DNA of 64,000 nt from a virus (taxonomy: Duplodnaviria > Caudoviricetes). The position numbers and the translations under genes are program-made. Below, one piece after another: positions 26,601-38,100 of the stretch. The stretch covers positions 1-64,000 of IMG/VR virus record IMGVR_UViG_2830687482_000006. One strand, 5' to 3'. The notes beneath the pieces were generated by a model. That model was not told the origin of the DNA and did no database searches. It saw only the letters and a program-made list of their open reading frames with translations. The stretch's first letter is position 1. Each line of letters begins with the position of its first letter.

Positions 26601-28905
26601 AGGCTATGCTGCTGCTCAATCTGAGGTAGGTAAAAAAATTAGAACTGCGAGGAGAGCTAATTCAACTGCCACCGTTACTGCTAGTTCTCAAGGTGCGGCG
26701 GGAGGTAGGTCTACTGCTCAAATTTTGCTCGAATTACAGCAAGAAGTTGGACAATTAAAAAGAAGACTGTCTGAAACAAAAGACCCGGAAGAGATTAAGC
26801 TACTAGATAGAGCACTAATAGGAGCTAAAGCTGATATCGCTAAACTTAGTCGTAATCCAAATAATCCAAATAATCCAAATAAACCAAAACGAGGGGAGCA
26901 ACAATACACTGGACAAGCCCGTAAAGACGCTGAGTATTTAGAAAATTGGGTAAGAGCGCAAGGATTTAGAGTTGGCGAAAGAGGCTCTCAAGACCCAATA
27001 CATAAAGGTGCGGGGCATAGGGAGTGGAGAGCTATAGATGTTAATTTAGCTTCAGGAGAAGGTGAAAGATTAGACCCTAAGCTTCGTTTGCGTATGAACG
27101 AACTTGCCAGAAGTATTCAAGCTAAAGGGGGCGTGGTGTTATGGAATGGAGAAAGGTATGATCCTAGTGGAGCCATAACTCGTATTAAAGGAAGTCGAAA
27201 AGCTAAGCATTACACCCACCTTCATGGAGAAGTTCCTTTAGGAGGCCTTTTTTCAGACGGTAAGCCTAATGATGCAGAATATCAGTCCAGTGTTAATGAG
27301 GCCGAAAAAAAGGCACTTAAAGAACAAGAAGAAAGAATAAAAAAACAGTTAGCTGAGGCTGAAAGTCTAAGAAAGACTAGGGGTAAAATTGAGATTGAAG
27401 CTATAGAAGAAGAAATCTCAACGATTATGCGTAACGCAAAAACGGGTTCTTTTTCCCGAGAAGATTTGAATACTAAATTAGAAACAGCTATGGTTCTGAA
27501 ATACATGGCTGTTATGAATCAATTTGATTTAGAGAACTCAAAGGAAGGCTTGGGACCTGAGGGCCTTAAAGAGTGGGAATTAAAAAGAAACGCTCAAATC
27601 AATCTTTTTGAAAAACAATCTTTAGATGAGTTTGCAAAACTTTATGGATATATCGCTGATTCTTTTTCAAAAAGCATGGAATTATATGAGCAAGTAATCA
27701 AGAGTAATTTAGACAAAGCAGAGAGAGCAGCACAAGAAAAATTCAAGCGTTACGAGGAGAAAGAACGCTCTTACAACCTACCTAGTAATAGAGGCAGAGA
27801 TTTCGGAGCTGGGGATGAATACCTCCTAGGAGAAAGAAGAAGACAAGCGGAAATACTTCGAGACCAAGAAATAGTAGCTGCTCAAGATGTCTCTAACGGC
27901 AGTTTGTATAATGCCAATGAGCGCAGAAAAGATAACTATAAAAACACCTTTGGTCGAGAATTCCAAGAATACAAACCCGGCTCCACAGAAATGGAAAAGT
28001 TTTTTTCCACAGCAGGGGAAGAAGAAGCAGCAGCATGGAAAGAAATTCAATCAGCTTTAGATGCCTATAATGTTACTTTGGCTGAGACCGCTGAACTACA
28101 ACAACTTATAGATGAAAGAACAGGAAAAGTATCTGCAAGCCAGTTTACCTTTAAGCAAAGAATTGATGGGGCAGCAAAAGCTTGGCTTGATCAAAGTGGA
28201 GCTATGGACACTTGGGAGAAAACTGCTCAGAATAGCGTTGCACCGCTCTTGGACACTATAACTAATGGTCTTACGGACATGTTCAAAGGCCTCATCACTG
28301 GGCAACAAAGTCTTAAACAAAGCTTAAAGGCAATGCTATCTTCCATTGCTGATTTTGTTGCTCAGATGATCGCTAAAGCTCTGGCATTAGCTGCCGTCAA
28401 ATGGTTCCTACAAATGATAGGTCTTGATGTTTCGGGCTTGGGAGGCGCAGGTGGCGGAGGCTTTGGGGGTGAAGGCGGAAGCGGAGCTGGTGGATTGTTG
28501 GGTCAAATCCTATCCCCCGGAGGTGGAATTGGTGGGGGACTATGGAGAGGTGGAGAAGTTAAAAGCTATGCCCGGGGAGGTCAGATTACCTCAGGTCTGG
28601 CAACCAGAGACAGCACCCTGATTCATGCTGCAAAAGGAGAGTATGTTCTTCGTAATTCAGCTGTTGATAGTATTGGTACAGATATGCTCGATGCAATGAA
28701 TAGTCGAGGCGCGGCAGCTATCGCTAGCGCCGGTAGTAATATAATTCCGCTTCCAACATCAGCTCCTGTTGAAACAAATGTTTATGTGATAGCTCCAGAA
28801 GAGAAACCTACTTTAGGGCCAAACGATGTTATTGCAATCATCAGTAAAGATGTGCTACAGGGAGGACAGACCAAGCGGTTAATCAAAAAGGTGGCGAATG
28901 GCTGA
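23608..28905 (+). CDS. tape measure protein with internal M15-like peptidase segment
   Basis: 1765 aa helical; FEDSLAQLQAISG TP901-type core; H-x6-D...HxH motif near 26930-27240. Confidence 0.92.
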   Translation: MTDATIKSTVGIQMSPEGMASAAKQLDGILQRTIANLNTAAKTAEKAIDSSGKAGQVATNQINGQLKALAITLSQIKTLQNTLQSTGASGGLNAARLLGDFSSSGRVGKQARELADYTNSLRGASSAMTTLKDRARQFDVQAGNLAKNGQLLSNSQIMKAEKIEATAKAYSKISNEIGSIRARVALLSTDGQKAFKPLLDNLQQLEKVNAKAFSNRRRSEYGPELATTRDAVRGLQERLIAREKLEAKTRLNVEALRKEGIELTRLTTLEREAALAAKVRSANSRFNNAQLTGTIISRRDTDQVSRFTRAAALAATTQNQLVSALNKPNVSAERLQTLINRHKTLQREIAESIAQQNRMGGDPKGGFFAGIKSSASNLLGGGEGGFGAGALLGRVGAYAGAAAVVYGLISALQQAVSFSIQFEDSLAQLQAISGSTNYEMRDLSQSIFAVAKNSADSVLEITKSATAIAQAGYKGKELSQVLSASVNLSAASGASPADSVDILTSALGSFQLAGTEATRVADAFVAALNNSKLGVAQIQAGIQYVGSTANQLDISLNELAGTLAVIADTGIRGTTGPTGLRQLLVDLVDPSEKVKEELKQVGLTVADIDVKVLGFSEVLKRLNNAGFDPFAAGIEVRAANVYNAIAGSTDEILKQTQATLDQGAAQEAAQVRTESVSATWQKMINTVSELAASIGNDLAPVLKFLIDLLGVAATVGLGLIKVLSSTVNFVVTLGGTFDKTGVSGEALNSKLQDLGYTADQVNLSHKQLTGGLEDVQSALKASEAETDSLKAQQLSLAQETEKLMVRQDSLVGKNGDLTETTSEVRVAVEELSLRFPGLREEFDKTEGGVQGLLKAFEALDEQIQRTMVNAARTQKITAEAARDVALEKLEDDTSFYKNLGPNGWIYRDVGLKEYGDPRRRGGLGTPLNTSQQKESFNIESLLKAGDPDSIRKARNLIQDSKDTLIKAIYGELLVKINTSISDYDSAILKSKEADELLGGYAAAQSEVGKKIRTARRANSTATVTASSQGAAGGRSTAQILLELQQEVGQLKRRLSETKDPEEIKLLDRALIGAKADIAKLSRNPNNPNNPNKPKRGEQQYTGQARKDAEYLENWVRAQGFRVGERGSQDPIHKGAGHREWRAIDVNLASGEGERLDPKLRLRMNELARSIQAKGGVVLWNGERYDPSGAITRIKGSRKAKHYTHLHGEVPLGGLFSDGKPNDAEYQSSVNEAEKKALKEQEERIKKQLAEAESLRKTRGKIEIEAIEEEISTIMRNAKTGSFSREDLNTKLETAMVLKYMAVMNQFDLENSKEGLGPEGLKEWELKRNAQINLFEKQSLDEFAKLYGYIADSFSKSMELYEQVIKSNLDKAERAAQEKFKRYEEKERSYNLPSNRGRDFGAGDEYLLGERRRQAEILRDQEIVAAQDVSNGSLYNANERRKDNYKNTFGREFQEYKPGSTEMEKFFSTAGEEEAAAWKEIQSALDAYNVTLAETAELQQLIDERTGKVSASQFTFKQRIDGAAKAWLDQSGAMDTWEKTAQNSVAPLLDTITNGLTDMFKGLITGQQSLKQSLKAMLSSIADFVAQMIAKALALAAVKWFLQMIGLDVSGLGGAGGGGFGGEGGSGAGGLLGQILSPGGGIGGGLWRGGEVKSYARGGQITSGLATRDSTLIHAAKGEYVLRNSAVDSIGTDMLDAMNSRGAAAIASAGSNIIPLPTSAPVETNVYVIAPEEKPTLGPNDVIAIISKDVLQGGQTKRLIKKVANG

Positions 28906-29302
28906 GTTTGTTTTTAATTTTTGCCCCAACTCAAGAGTCGCTGAACTTCTGGCTCCAGAAGAGCCAGAAGTCAAAGACTTTAATGGTTGGGTATATCATC
29001 CGGTCCCGGTGCTTCCTTTTCGCCCTAATTTTCGGGTTACTCTCGAAGGTCTAAAGTGGTATCTAAATGGTGCTGGAACTGGATTGGATACTACCACTGA
29101 TCCTACTATAAACGCGGGACGTCTGGAAGCTTTCTATAAAACTCATCGTCTTTTCAAACCTTTTAATTTTACCCATGAATATCTTGGAACTTTGGAGTTA
29201 CGTTTCAGTGCACCGTTAAGCATACCTAAGGGATTGGTTAATGGTGGAGGAGCTGTAGAACCCCTTCAAATTAACATGATCCAACATAATGCGACCTACT
29301 AA
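28898..29302 (+). CDS. distal tail protein (gpM-like)
   Basis: 134 aa after tape measure. Confidence 0.7.
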   Translation: MAEFVFNFCPNSRVAELLAPEEPEVKDFNGWVYHPVPVLPFRPNFRVTLEGLKWYLNGAGTGLDTTTDPTINAGRLEAFYKTHRLFKPFNFTHEYLGTLELRFSAPLSIPKGLVNGGGAVEPLQINMIQHNATY

Positions 29303-29784
29303 TGACTGTAAACACCGAAAACGCTCAGAAATTATCTCCAGATGCGGAGATCATTCTTTATGAATTGACTACTCTATCGGGTTCAACTATCTTTTTTAAG
29401 CCCGGGCCAGATGTTATGTATCTAGGAGACCCATATAAGGGAGTTCCTTGTAGTCTATCTAATGAGGTTCGATCAGTAGAAGCCGACCGACAGAGACAAA
29501 CCTTAACTATAGGTGGAGATAATGCTGATCTTGGGATTCTTAAGTCGGTATTATTTTCCGGTGAGGTAGATGGTGCCTCAATATTAAAGCACGTTGTTGA
29601 GCTTGAAGATTTGAAAAATAATGTCAACTCTAAAATGACATCAGCTTATACAGTGAAGCAAGTAGAGGGTTACTCTAGAAGTAAAATCAGTCTAGTTTTA
29701 GGAAGATTTTCCCCATCTAAACAAACGACTATCCCTTACCGGAAGTATAATCGACCAGCTTTTCCTTATGTGAGATTACAATGA
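29302..29784 (+). CDS. minor tail protein L-like
   Basis: IILYEL...GDPYKGVP pattern, position. Confidence 0.7.
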   Translation: MTVNTENAQKLSPDAEIILYELTTLSGSTIFFKPGPDVMYLGDPYKGVPCSLSNEVRSVEADRQRQTLTIGGDNADLGILKSVLFSGEVDGASILKHVVELEDLKNNVNSKMTSAYTVKQVEGYSRSKISLVLGRFSPSKQTTIPYRKYNRPAFPYVRLQ

Positions 29785-30239
29785 TTCTTGTTTCAGAACC
29801 TTTTCAAGGTAAGGTTTTTAATTTAGGAGTTCAAGACTGTTTCAGTCTTTGTATTGACTTTTTCAAAGAGAATTTTGATATCAAAATTCCTAATATTTCC
29901 CGACCCCATGATTGGGATGCAAATAAGCTTGACCTTATCAATGATTTCTACCATCTGAGTGGTTTCAAAAAAATAGACGCCGAATCAGAATGGCCTCCTC
30001 GCCCCGCAGATGTTTTGGTCACGACAATTAGTGGAAGTAATCCAAACCACCTTGTGGTTTATTTAGGTTCAAATGAAATTTTACATCACCCAACCGGGCA
30101 ACTTTCTAAAAAAGAATTGATGAGACCTGTTTGGAAAAGATTCACCTCCTATATTTTAAGACACCCAGAGGTTCCTGACCTTACCGCATCTAAACCATTG
30201 GTAACATTAGAGGATATTTTAGATGAAAGATTTATTTAG
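29781..30239 (+). CDS. NlpC/P60 tail assembly protein (gpK C-domain)
   Basis: QDCFSL catalytic Cys, NHLVVYLG, ILHH. Confidence 0.85.
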   Translation: MILVSEPFQGKVFNLGVQDCFSLCIDFFKENFDIKIPNISRPHDWDANKLDLINDFYHLSGFKKIDAESEWPPRPADVLVTTISGSNPNHLVVYLGSNEILHHPTGQLSKKELMRPVWKRFTSYILRHPEVPDLTASKPLVTLEDILDERFI

Positions 30240-30555
30240 TCGCTACTCAGACGAAATTTTAGAGGAGAGATGTGGCCTTATTTTAGGTTCGGGGGAAATG
30301 TTAGAAGTTCAAAATTCTCATCCCGAACCTACCAAAGGTTTTGAGATTGACCCTGAGACTATAATCCGCTATCTGGATGAGATGAGCGGAACATGGCACA
30401 CTCACCCGGGGCAAAGTTCTGTATTAAGTGGGGAAGATCATCTCTGCTTTACAGCTTGGCCAACCTTGGAACACTACGTCGTTGGAAAAGATGGTATTAG
30501 ATTGTATAGAGTAGATAATGGAGCGGTTGTAGATGCAAATCATTTTCCACGGTAA
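30223..30555 (+). CDS. JAB/MPN domain tail protein (gpK N-domain)
   Basis: ERCG, WHTHP...LSGED motif. Confidence 0.85.
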   Translation: MKDLFSRYSDEILEERCGLILGSGEMLEVQNSHPEPTKGFEIDPETIIRYLDEMSGTWHTHPGQSSVLSGEDHLCFTAWPTLEHYVVGKDGIRLYRVDNGAVVDANHFPR

Positions 30556-31072
30556 GCTCGCTCAGGAATATGGAGCAACACATTTTATCGAGGCCAATTC
30601 GGTTCGTGAAGCTTTGGAAGCCATCTCCCGACAGTTGAAAATCTTCTCGGAAATAATGCTTGACAGGAGACCTCTTCTTCGAGTAGTAGGCCATCCCACA
30701 CAAGAATCCTTAAAGGAAAAACCGGAGAAGATCGACGTTGTTCCGGCTATGATAGGTGGTGGAGGATTTGCTAAAATCGTAATAGGAAGTCTCTTAATTG
30801 TAGCTGGTTTTGTCATTCCCGGCGCTCAGTTTCTTATCCCGATGGGTATCAGTTTAGTTATCGGAGGTATATCTCAGCTCTTTATCAAGGCACCATCCCT
30901 GTCCAAAGAACAGGACCCGGACGCCTCGAAATATCTCGGTCTTGGAAATAACACCACAAAGTTGGGCACTTTACGCTCATATAGTATGGGACGTGTGAAA
31001 GTAACTTCACCACACGTTATTGCTGTAAACGTAGACTCAAGTGACTTAGTGAAAGGTGAGTTTCCAGTATGA
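30533..31072 (+). CDS. tail assembly protein I-like
   Basis: FHGKL, IDVVPAMIGGGG ubiquitin-like pattern followed by hydrophobic segment. Confidence 0.85.
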   Translation: MQIIFHGKLAQEYGATHFIEANSVREALEAISRQLKIFSEIMLDRRPLLRVVGHPTQESLKEKPEKIDVVPAMIGGGGFAKIVIGSLLIVAGFVIPGAQFLIPMGISLVIGGISQLFIKAPSLSKEQDPDASKYLGLGNNTTKLGTLRSYSMGRVKVTSPHVIAVNVDSSDLVKGEFPV

Positions 31073-32130
31073 CTTCTCAAAAATTGATATTAGACGACAT
31101 GCTCTTGGTGTCAGAGAAAGTTGGCCAGACTTTAATCACCCGGGATCAATACCGGTCCCATGGGAAATTTTCTGATTATGACGTTCAGAAAAATTTCGGG
31201 AGTTTTAGGGCGGCACGAAGGGCTGCTGGTTTAGAGCCTACGAGAGGGAGCCAGCTACAGTTAAATGCAGTGGGACGGCATTCGGACCTTGATGCTTATC
31301 GCCAAATGAATATCGAAAAGGCTGATTACGCTCAAAAGTATGTTAAGCCAAAAGGAACTCGTTTCCAGACCATGCTTGTGGCCTCAGATATTCACGACGA
31401 ACTTTGTGATCCGTTTTGGAGAAGAATTTTTATAGACACTGTGCTTAGAACACAGCCTGATACAGTAATTCTCGGAGGGGATATCTTCGATCTGGCTGAG
31501 TTCGGACGGTACAGTGTAGACCCAAGAGATTGGGATATTGTCTCTAAAATCCGTTGGGTTCATGCTTTTCTTTCGGATATTCGAAACGCAGCAGCAGATA
31601 CCGAAATAGTTTTTATTGAAGGTAATCATGAGCACCGATTGCTTCGATATCTTACAGACAATGCTCCAACTTTGAAAGTTGTCCTCTCCGACCTCCATGG
31701 TTGGACAGTTCCAAAGCTTTTGGGCTTAGACAAATATGAGGTGCGGTATGTAGCCAGAGCCGATCTTGGTACTTTTAATCAGTCTAACGTGGTTAAAGAA
31801 ATTTCCAAAAATTACGAAGTGTTTCATAACTGCTTCTTAGTAGATCACTTCCCCTCAGGAAAAGAAAAAGGGCTACCGGGTGTAAACGGTCACCACCACT
31901 CTCACCTCGTAAACACTCTTTATAGCCATAATTACGGAAGCTACGAATGGCATCAATTGGGATGTGGGCATCGTAGACAAGCAGAATATTGCGCAGGAGA
32001 AAAATGGAACATGGGGTTCGCCACGGTTCATGTGGACACGCACAATCAACTTCCATTGATCGACTATCACTTCATTGGAGATTTTGCAAACATACACGGT
32101 AAATATTATCTCCGTGGTGAGAATGAGTAA
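31069..32130 (+). CDS. calcineurin-like metallophosphoesterase with N-terminal homing-endonuclease-associated repeat
   Basis: SDIH, GGDIFD, EGNHE, GHHH motifs; N-terminal KNFGSFRAARRAAGL. Confidence 0.85.
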   Translation: MTSQKLILDDMLLVSEKVGQTLITRDQYRSHGKFSDYDVQKNFGSFRAARRAAGLEPTRGSQLQLNAVGRHSDLDAYRQMNIEKADYAQKYVKPKGTRFQTMLVASDIHDELCDPFWRRIFIDTVLRTQPDTVILGGDIFDLAEFGRYSVDPRDWDIVSKIRWVHAFLSDIRNAAADTEIVFIEGNHEHRLLRYLTDNAPTLKVVLSDLHGWTVPKLLGLDKYEVRYVARADLGTFNQSNVVKEISKNYEVFHNCFLVDHFPSGKEKGLPGVNGHHHSHLVNTLYSHNYGSYEWHQLGCGHRRQAEYCAGEKWNMGFATVHVDTHNQLPLIDYHFIGDFANIHGKYYLRGENE

Positions 32131-32168
32131 CCCTTTACTTTTTCACCCTTTAGCAGTAATAGGATTGA

Positions 32169-35100
32169 ATGCCTCGCCAAATTATTGGCTCTAAGGGCGG
32201 TGGGGGTGGTAGCAGTTTTGTTACCAAGCCAGATTCGCTGCGGAGCAATGATAGTTTTGAAATCCTTCTAGGCCTCGGTTCTGGCCGATGGAAGGGGATG
32301 GTCGATGGTTTAAAATCCCTAAAAATCAACGGAGTCCCATTGGAGAATACCGATGGGACTTCCAACTTTCAAGATGTGTATGCCGTTTTCGCAGACGGAA
32401 ATCCCCTTGAGAACCAGATCGTAAATTTTAAGCTTGGTGGAGGCGGTAACTCCCAATCGGTAACTACTCAGCTAGTAAATACTAACACAAATGGTCCCGG
32501 AGGTTGGGTAACTGGAGCGGTAAGTACTCCTAATGCGAATTTTATTGACCTCAGATTTATAGTTCAGCAGCTATTTTATCAAGATGATAAAAGTATTCGG
32601 GAAAATACTGCCACCATTGAGGTAGAAATGCGTCCTTCTGGAGGCAATTGGATAAACATTTTCTCGGCTCCAAGTTCTCAAGGAATTAGTTACGATCCGG
32701 ACGGTTACGATTATTATGAAGATGACGGTAATTATAACGCTCGGCTCTACTTAGGTAGGGGGTTATTCAACTCTAATGGTACAGGATTCAGAGCTTCCAG
32801 TAACCCTAACCTAAAAATAACGGGTAAAACCAGTTCGGCTTTTGCTAAAGAGCTTCGAATTGCAGTTCCCAATAAGGGAGCCTATGCTAATAAGACTTGG
32901 GAAGTTCGAGCACGACTTGTAGAGAAAGACACAATAGATAACGACCCCATCTCTGAGCGTCGCAACATTGTCTTTGAAACTGTCACCGCCATTATTACAG
33001 AGCCTCTCGGAGATCACCCAGATTGGGATGGACTTGTATGGTTACAAGTTCACGGAAAAGCCTCAGATCAATTTTCAGGTTTTCCCGAAATCACTTCTAT
33101 TTGTGATACCAAAATTTGTCAGGTCCCGGGGCCTTCTGTTTTTAATCCAGAAACCAGAGCGTACTCGCCAGCTACGTGGGATGGTTCATTTGTTGAGGCA
33201 TTTACCACAGACCCCGCGTGGCAGATAAAGGAATTCGTTGAAGACCCTGTGCATGGTCTAGCTGGAATATACCCCGGCTCCACTTTAGATAAATGGGATG
33301 CTCTAGAAGCCTCTAAATATTTTTCAGAGCAAGTTAGCGACGGCAACGGGGGAACACATCCTCGATTCAGTATGAATCTGACTATCAACGAAGCTAAAGA
33401 TATCGACGAGATGATGCAGTATCTCGCTGGTAGCGTAAATAGCTACACGGAGGATATTGGAAATGGGGTGTGGAGATTTAAGGTAGATAAGCCTGAGACT
33501 CCAGTTATGTTGTTTACCGAAGATAATGTCTTCGGGGAATTTCAATATAGTCACTCAGATATAGATACTAGATTCAATGATTGGCGAGGAACTTTCCTCG
33601 ACGAAAGTCTTGACTATGAGACTAATACAGTTAGAGTTTTTGACCAAGCTGATATAGACCAGAATGGAACCAAATTTACTGAGATTGCTTTGATTGGATG
33701 TACCCATCCTCAAGAAGCTTTACGCCGGTTGGTGTTTCGTTTGCGGGTTTCTTTGAATGAATTCCGCTCAGTAATTTTTGAAACCAATAGGGTCGGTCGT
33801 TATCTCAATCCCCTCGACACTATTTTGGTTGCTGATGGGGCATTGAATCCAGACCATTTAGTTAAAAGTACCAGTAGGGTTGCCTCCTACTCTGGGACAA
33901 CTGTGAATCTGTTGAGAGAATTGAGACTCGAACTTGGAGTTAATTACACTGTTCATTTTACTACAACTGATGGTGAGGTTGTTTCAAGAAACATCACTAA
34001 TAATTCATCTCAGAGAGGAGATGTTACCCAACTTATAATTAGTTCTCCACTCCCTACAAATATAATGCCTCAATCAGCAGTAGCTTTGAGTGCGGGGGGA
34101 TTAGCTGCACTCCCAGTTGCTTATAGAGTAATTAGCGTAGAACGCTCAGAAAATAACGAAGATAACTACGTAATTAACGCTGTTCAGATCGACACCGGAA
34201 AATGGGCAGCGATGGATAACGTCTCTCAGACAGATATTCTTGCTCAAGAATCGGCTATAGCTATAGGCTCTCCAACTGCCCCCGCTGGTGGTCTTTTCCA
34301 ACTTGTAGAGTATATTACTGATACTCAACACAAAAGAGTTCTTGAGATAAACTGGAACAGACCTGCAAGTAATTTCTTTGACGGTTATAGAGTAGAATAT
34401 CGGCTAAATAACGGCCCTTGGTTTCTCGCTAACGAGAACCAAAAAGATAGCTTCTTCGAGTTACAAAATCCAGAAGACGGAACCTATGATTTCAAAATCA
34501 CGGCTCTAGACCGTAGAGGTGTTCAATCAAATCCTCTAATTGGTCAGTATGTTCTTAATGGCAGTAGTTACGTAACTCCCCCAGCACATACCAGAGGACC
34601 TTTAACAACAAGACCTCCTCAAGGACCTTATGACGGTTTTCGTTTTACAGTTACGAATGCAAACCCGCCAGTCACACAAGTTTGGGAAGACGGTAACTGG
34701 AGAGATGAGGTAAATCTCGTCACAGAAGGAAGTCAGATTGGAGTAGAAAACGGAGCCACAGTTGGTATGACTCCTGCTGAGGAAGCCACCCTCTCTCAAA
34801 TTCTTGTTGATGTGGACGATCTCTATACCACATATGGCAGCACGGCGTCCGCAGCGGCTTCTGCTAGTGCTGCTCAGGCCTATTCAACTATCGCTCAGAC
34901 AGCTGCTACTAATTCTCAAACAGCAAACACCAACGCACAAAGCGCCATGACAGCGGCTCAGACTGCTAGAAATGATGCCATTACCCAAGCCACCAACGCG
35001 GCAGGTTCTGCATCAACGGCGGCTAGCAGTGCCACTACAGCTACCAATCAGGCTAATGCTGCCGCAGGTAGTGCTACTAGTGCTTCCGCTTCCGCAAATA

Positions 35101-38100
35101 TAGCCACCACTCAGGCTGGGAATGCCGCTACCAGCGCCACAGCGGCATCAACATCAGCATCAAGTGCGACTATATCTGCAACCAATGCGGGGACCTCAGC
35201 GGCAGCCGCTCAAGCCTCAGCAGTATCGGCTTCAACTAGTGCTTTACAAGCCGCTGCAAAAAATGGCCCAAGTTTGAATTATAACCCACATTTTGATCAG
35301 GGCAAAGAATATTGGTTTATTGGACCATCCGGAACTACTCAAACACTGGGAACAGTAGTTTCAGCTTTTCAAGGAAGAGCAAATGTTATTACGGGAAATT
35401 ATCTATATGGATATAGTGAAAGTATTCCCGTAACTCCGGGAAATAAATATGAATTAAGTATAAGTTTTTATGTTGCGAATGCTTCTTCCAGACACTACTT
35501 AGGAGTAGTTCCCTTTGACGCCAATGGAGTTAGTCTTACACCAAGCAGTGGTTATTATTTTGCCTTTTCTTACTCACAATTTCCAATAGGTTGGAAAACA
35601 ACCAGTGCTATCAATGATCTTTCTTCATATCCTACGGCAACTCATGTAAAGATAATTTACCTCGTTAATTATGAAGTACACTCAGGCACATACGGCGTTG
35701 ATTATATTCATTTTAATGAGGTAACTGCCAGAGAGGCAGCATCTGGCTCGGCCTCCGCAGCGGCAACCTCAGCATCGAATGCCTCCATAAGTGCCACCAA
35801 CGCTGGTAATAGTGCCTCTTCTGCTCTAACAAGTGCTACCAATGCTGCTAGCAGCGCCGGGGCTGCGAATACGTCAGCTGGAAATGCGGCTACCTCTGCC
35901 TCACAGGCAAGCACATCTGCAAGTAACGCAGCGGGTTCAGCCTCTACCGCAAGCACACAGGCGACTAACGCTGCAAACAGTGCGGGAGCGGCGGCAGGTT
36001 CTGCGTCAGCTGCTTCTGGTTCAGCCTCTACCGCAAGCACCCAGGCGACTAACGCTGCAAACAGTGCAACGGCAGCTCAAGGTTTTTCTGTGTCAGCATC
36101 ATCAAGTGCTACTGATGCTATTCGCACTGTTGCCTCATCTATGCCCGGAGACTTTGGAGAGGACGGTAGGTTCTTTGCGTATGTATACGGTAATGAAACA
36201 AATGCCTCTCGCATTGACCAAACTTATCCAAATGTAAGTTATCCAATTGATCCCGTTTATGGAAGAATCTTAAGGTTTGGTGCACCTAATTCAGGGTATC
36301 TAAACGCTACTATCCGTAAAAGGATTAGTACCGCAGTTGCCCGTAGATACCGACTCACTGCCTTTGTTCGTCAAAATAGCAGCTCCTATGGTGCTTTAAG
36401 TGTTTATGTTTTCATTTTCGGTTTAAGTTCTGATTATTCGACTTTGGTTTACGGAGGCCATTTGGCTGAAACATCCGTGCCTTCTGGGGAAGTCTCATTT
36501 GTAAGTAATTTGAATGGGGCAGGTGTTAAGAAGGTTGTCTTAGATTTTGTTCCTCAAGTCGGAGGTACAGCACCTTGGCTTGCTCCCGGAATTTATTTCT
36601 ATAATAATACGCCCGGGGATAATTATAATGCGGGGCAACCCGATATTCTTTCGATGAAAGTAGAGGATGTTACAGATAGTTACGCCGCTGCCGGTGCGGC
36701 TTCCGCAGCGGCAACGAGTGCTTCTCAGGCAAGTACATCTGCCTCAGCAGCAGGAGTGTCTGCAACTTCTGCTTCTAACTCCGCTAATATGGCGACTGCT
36801 CAAGCAGGAAACGCCTCAACCTCGGCGAGTGCAGCAGCAGGCTCTGCTGCTAATGCAAATACCTCAGCCGGTAATGCTGCCAATAGTGCTTCAAGTGCTG
36901 CTACTTTTTCTAATCTTGCCGCTTCTTTCAAAAACGATGTGGCTGCACTTGAGGGAAATCTTGAATTTAATAGAGGCTTTGAAGCTTGGTCCCTCAACCA
37001 AGATGGTTCAAGCCCCGGGGTTCTCACCTCTGGCTGCTACGTTTCAAATAGTTGGGAGGGAGGTAATTATTTAGTAGCTCCCTCCAATCAATATTTAGAG
37101 GTTTATTCGGTAAAAACATGGGATATTGACCCTAACAGAACCTATAAAATAAGTGCAAATTATGGGGTATGGGCTAATGGCTCACCGTCTAACACAGCTA
37201 GATTCTATATAGGATTTGTAGGCCTCAATGCTTTGGGAGCTTACGTGGATCATGGCAGCTATGGTTCTCTTAGATACTGTATTACTCACGGTGCGGGAGG
37301 AGGCCCAGCCGTCCTTACCGATGGACAGAGGGTAACTCCTTCTGTTTTAGTTACTGGTTCTGGTAATGATAGTTGGAATAAATTTCCTCCCGGAACTGTT
37401 AAAATTCGTCTAGCTGCATTTATGAACTATAACGAAGGAGACACAAGTAGAGCAGTAAATACCTATTTAGGATATATGAAAGTAGAAGATGTTACTGAAA
37501 GTCTTTCTGCTGCATCTTCGGCCACCGCAGCGGCGGGTAGCTCAGTTACTGCTGCTCAACATGCAGCTTCTGCACTCTCATACGCTGTGCTTTCTGCAAA
37601 TGTTTCTCGTGGTGCGATAAATCCTAATCCGGGGTTCGATGCGTATCCGAACTCGACAGGATATCCGACAAATTGGGCAGTGTATTCTTTAGATTCTGGT
37701 TATTCCGCTGTAAGCCGCGTGGCTGACAGCAATGGCGGTTGGTCCATGCGTGTTGCTTCTAGTGCTGGAAGTTTTGATAGTATTTTTCAGTATTACTCAG
37801 GAGGATTAGCTAATATAACCCCCTCCGGTTGGTATGTTGTAGAAGCAGACGTGACTTTAGAAAGTGGAACCCTCTCTGGCACTGGTATTTGGTGCGATTG
37901 TTGGTCTGCTCCAGATATAGGTTATTCGCTTGGAGCTGGCCTTTCGTTCTTTTCTGATCCAGATGTCACGGGAGCAGCTCCGGGGAGCGGAACGGCAGGT
38001 AAACGCTATCGCTATGCTAAACTAATTCAAGTAACATCCACAACAAATGTTATGCGCATTTATGCCACGAATAACTATGTCGGAGGTCCTTTCGGCTCTA

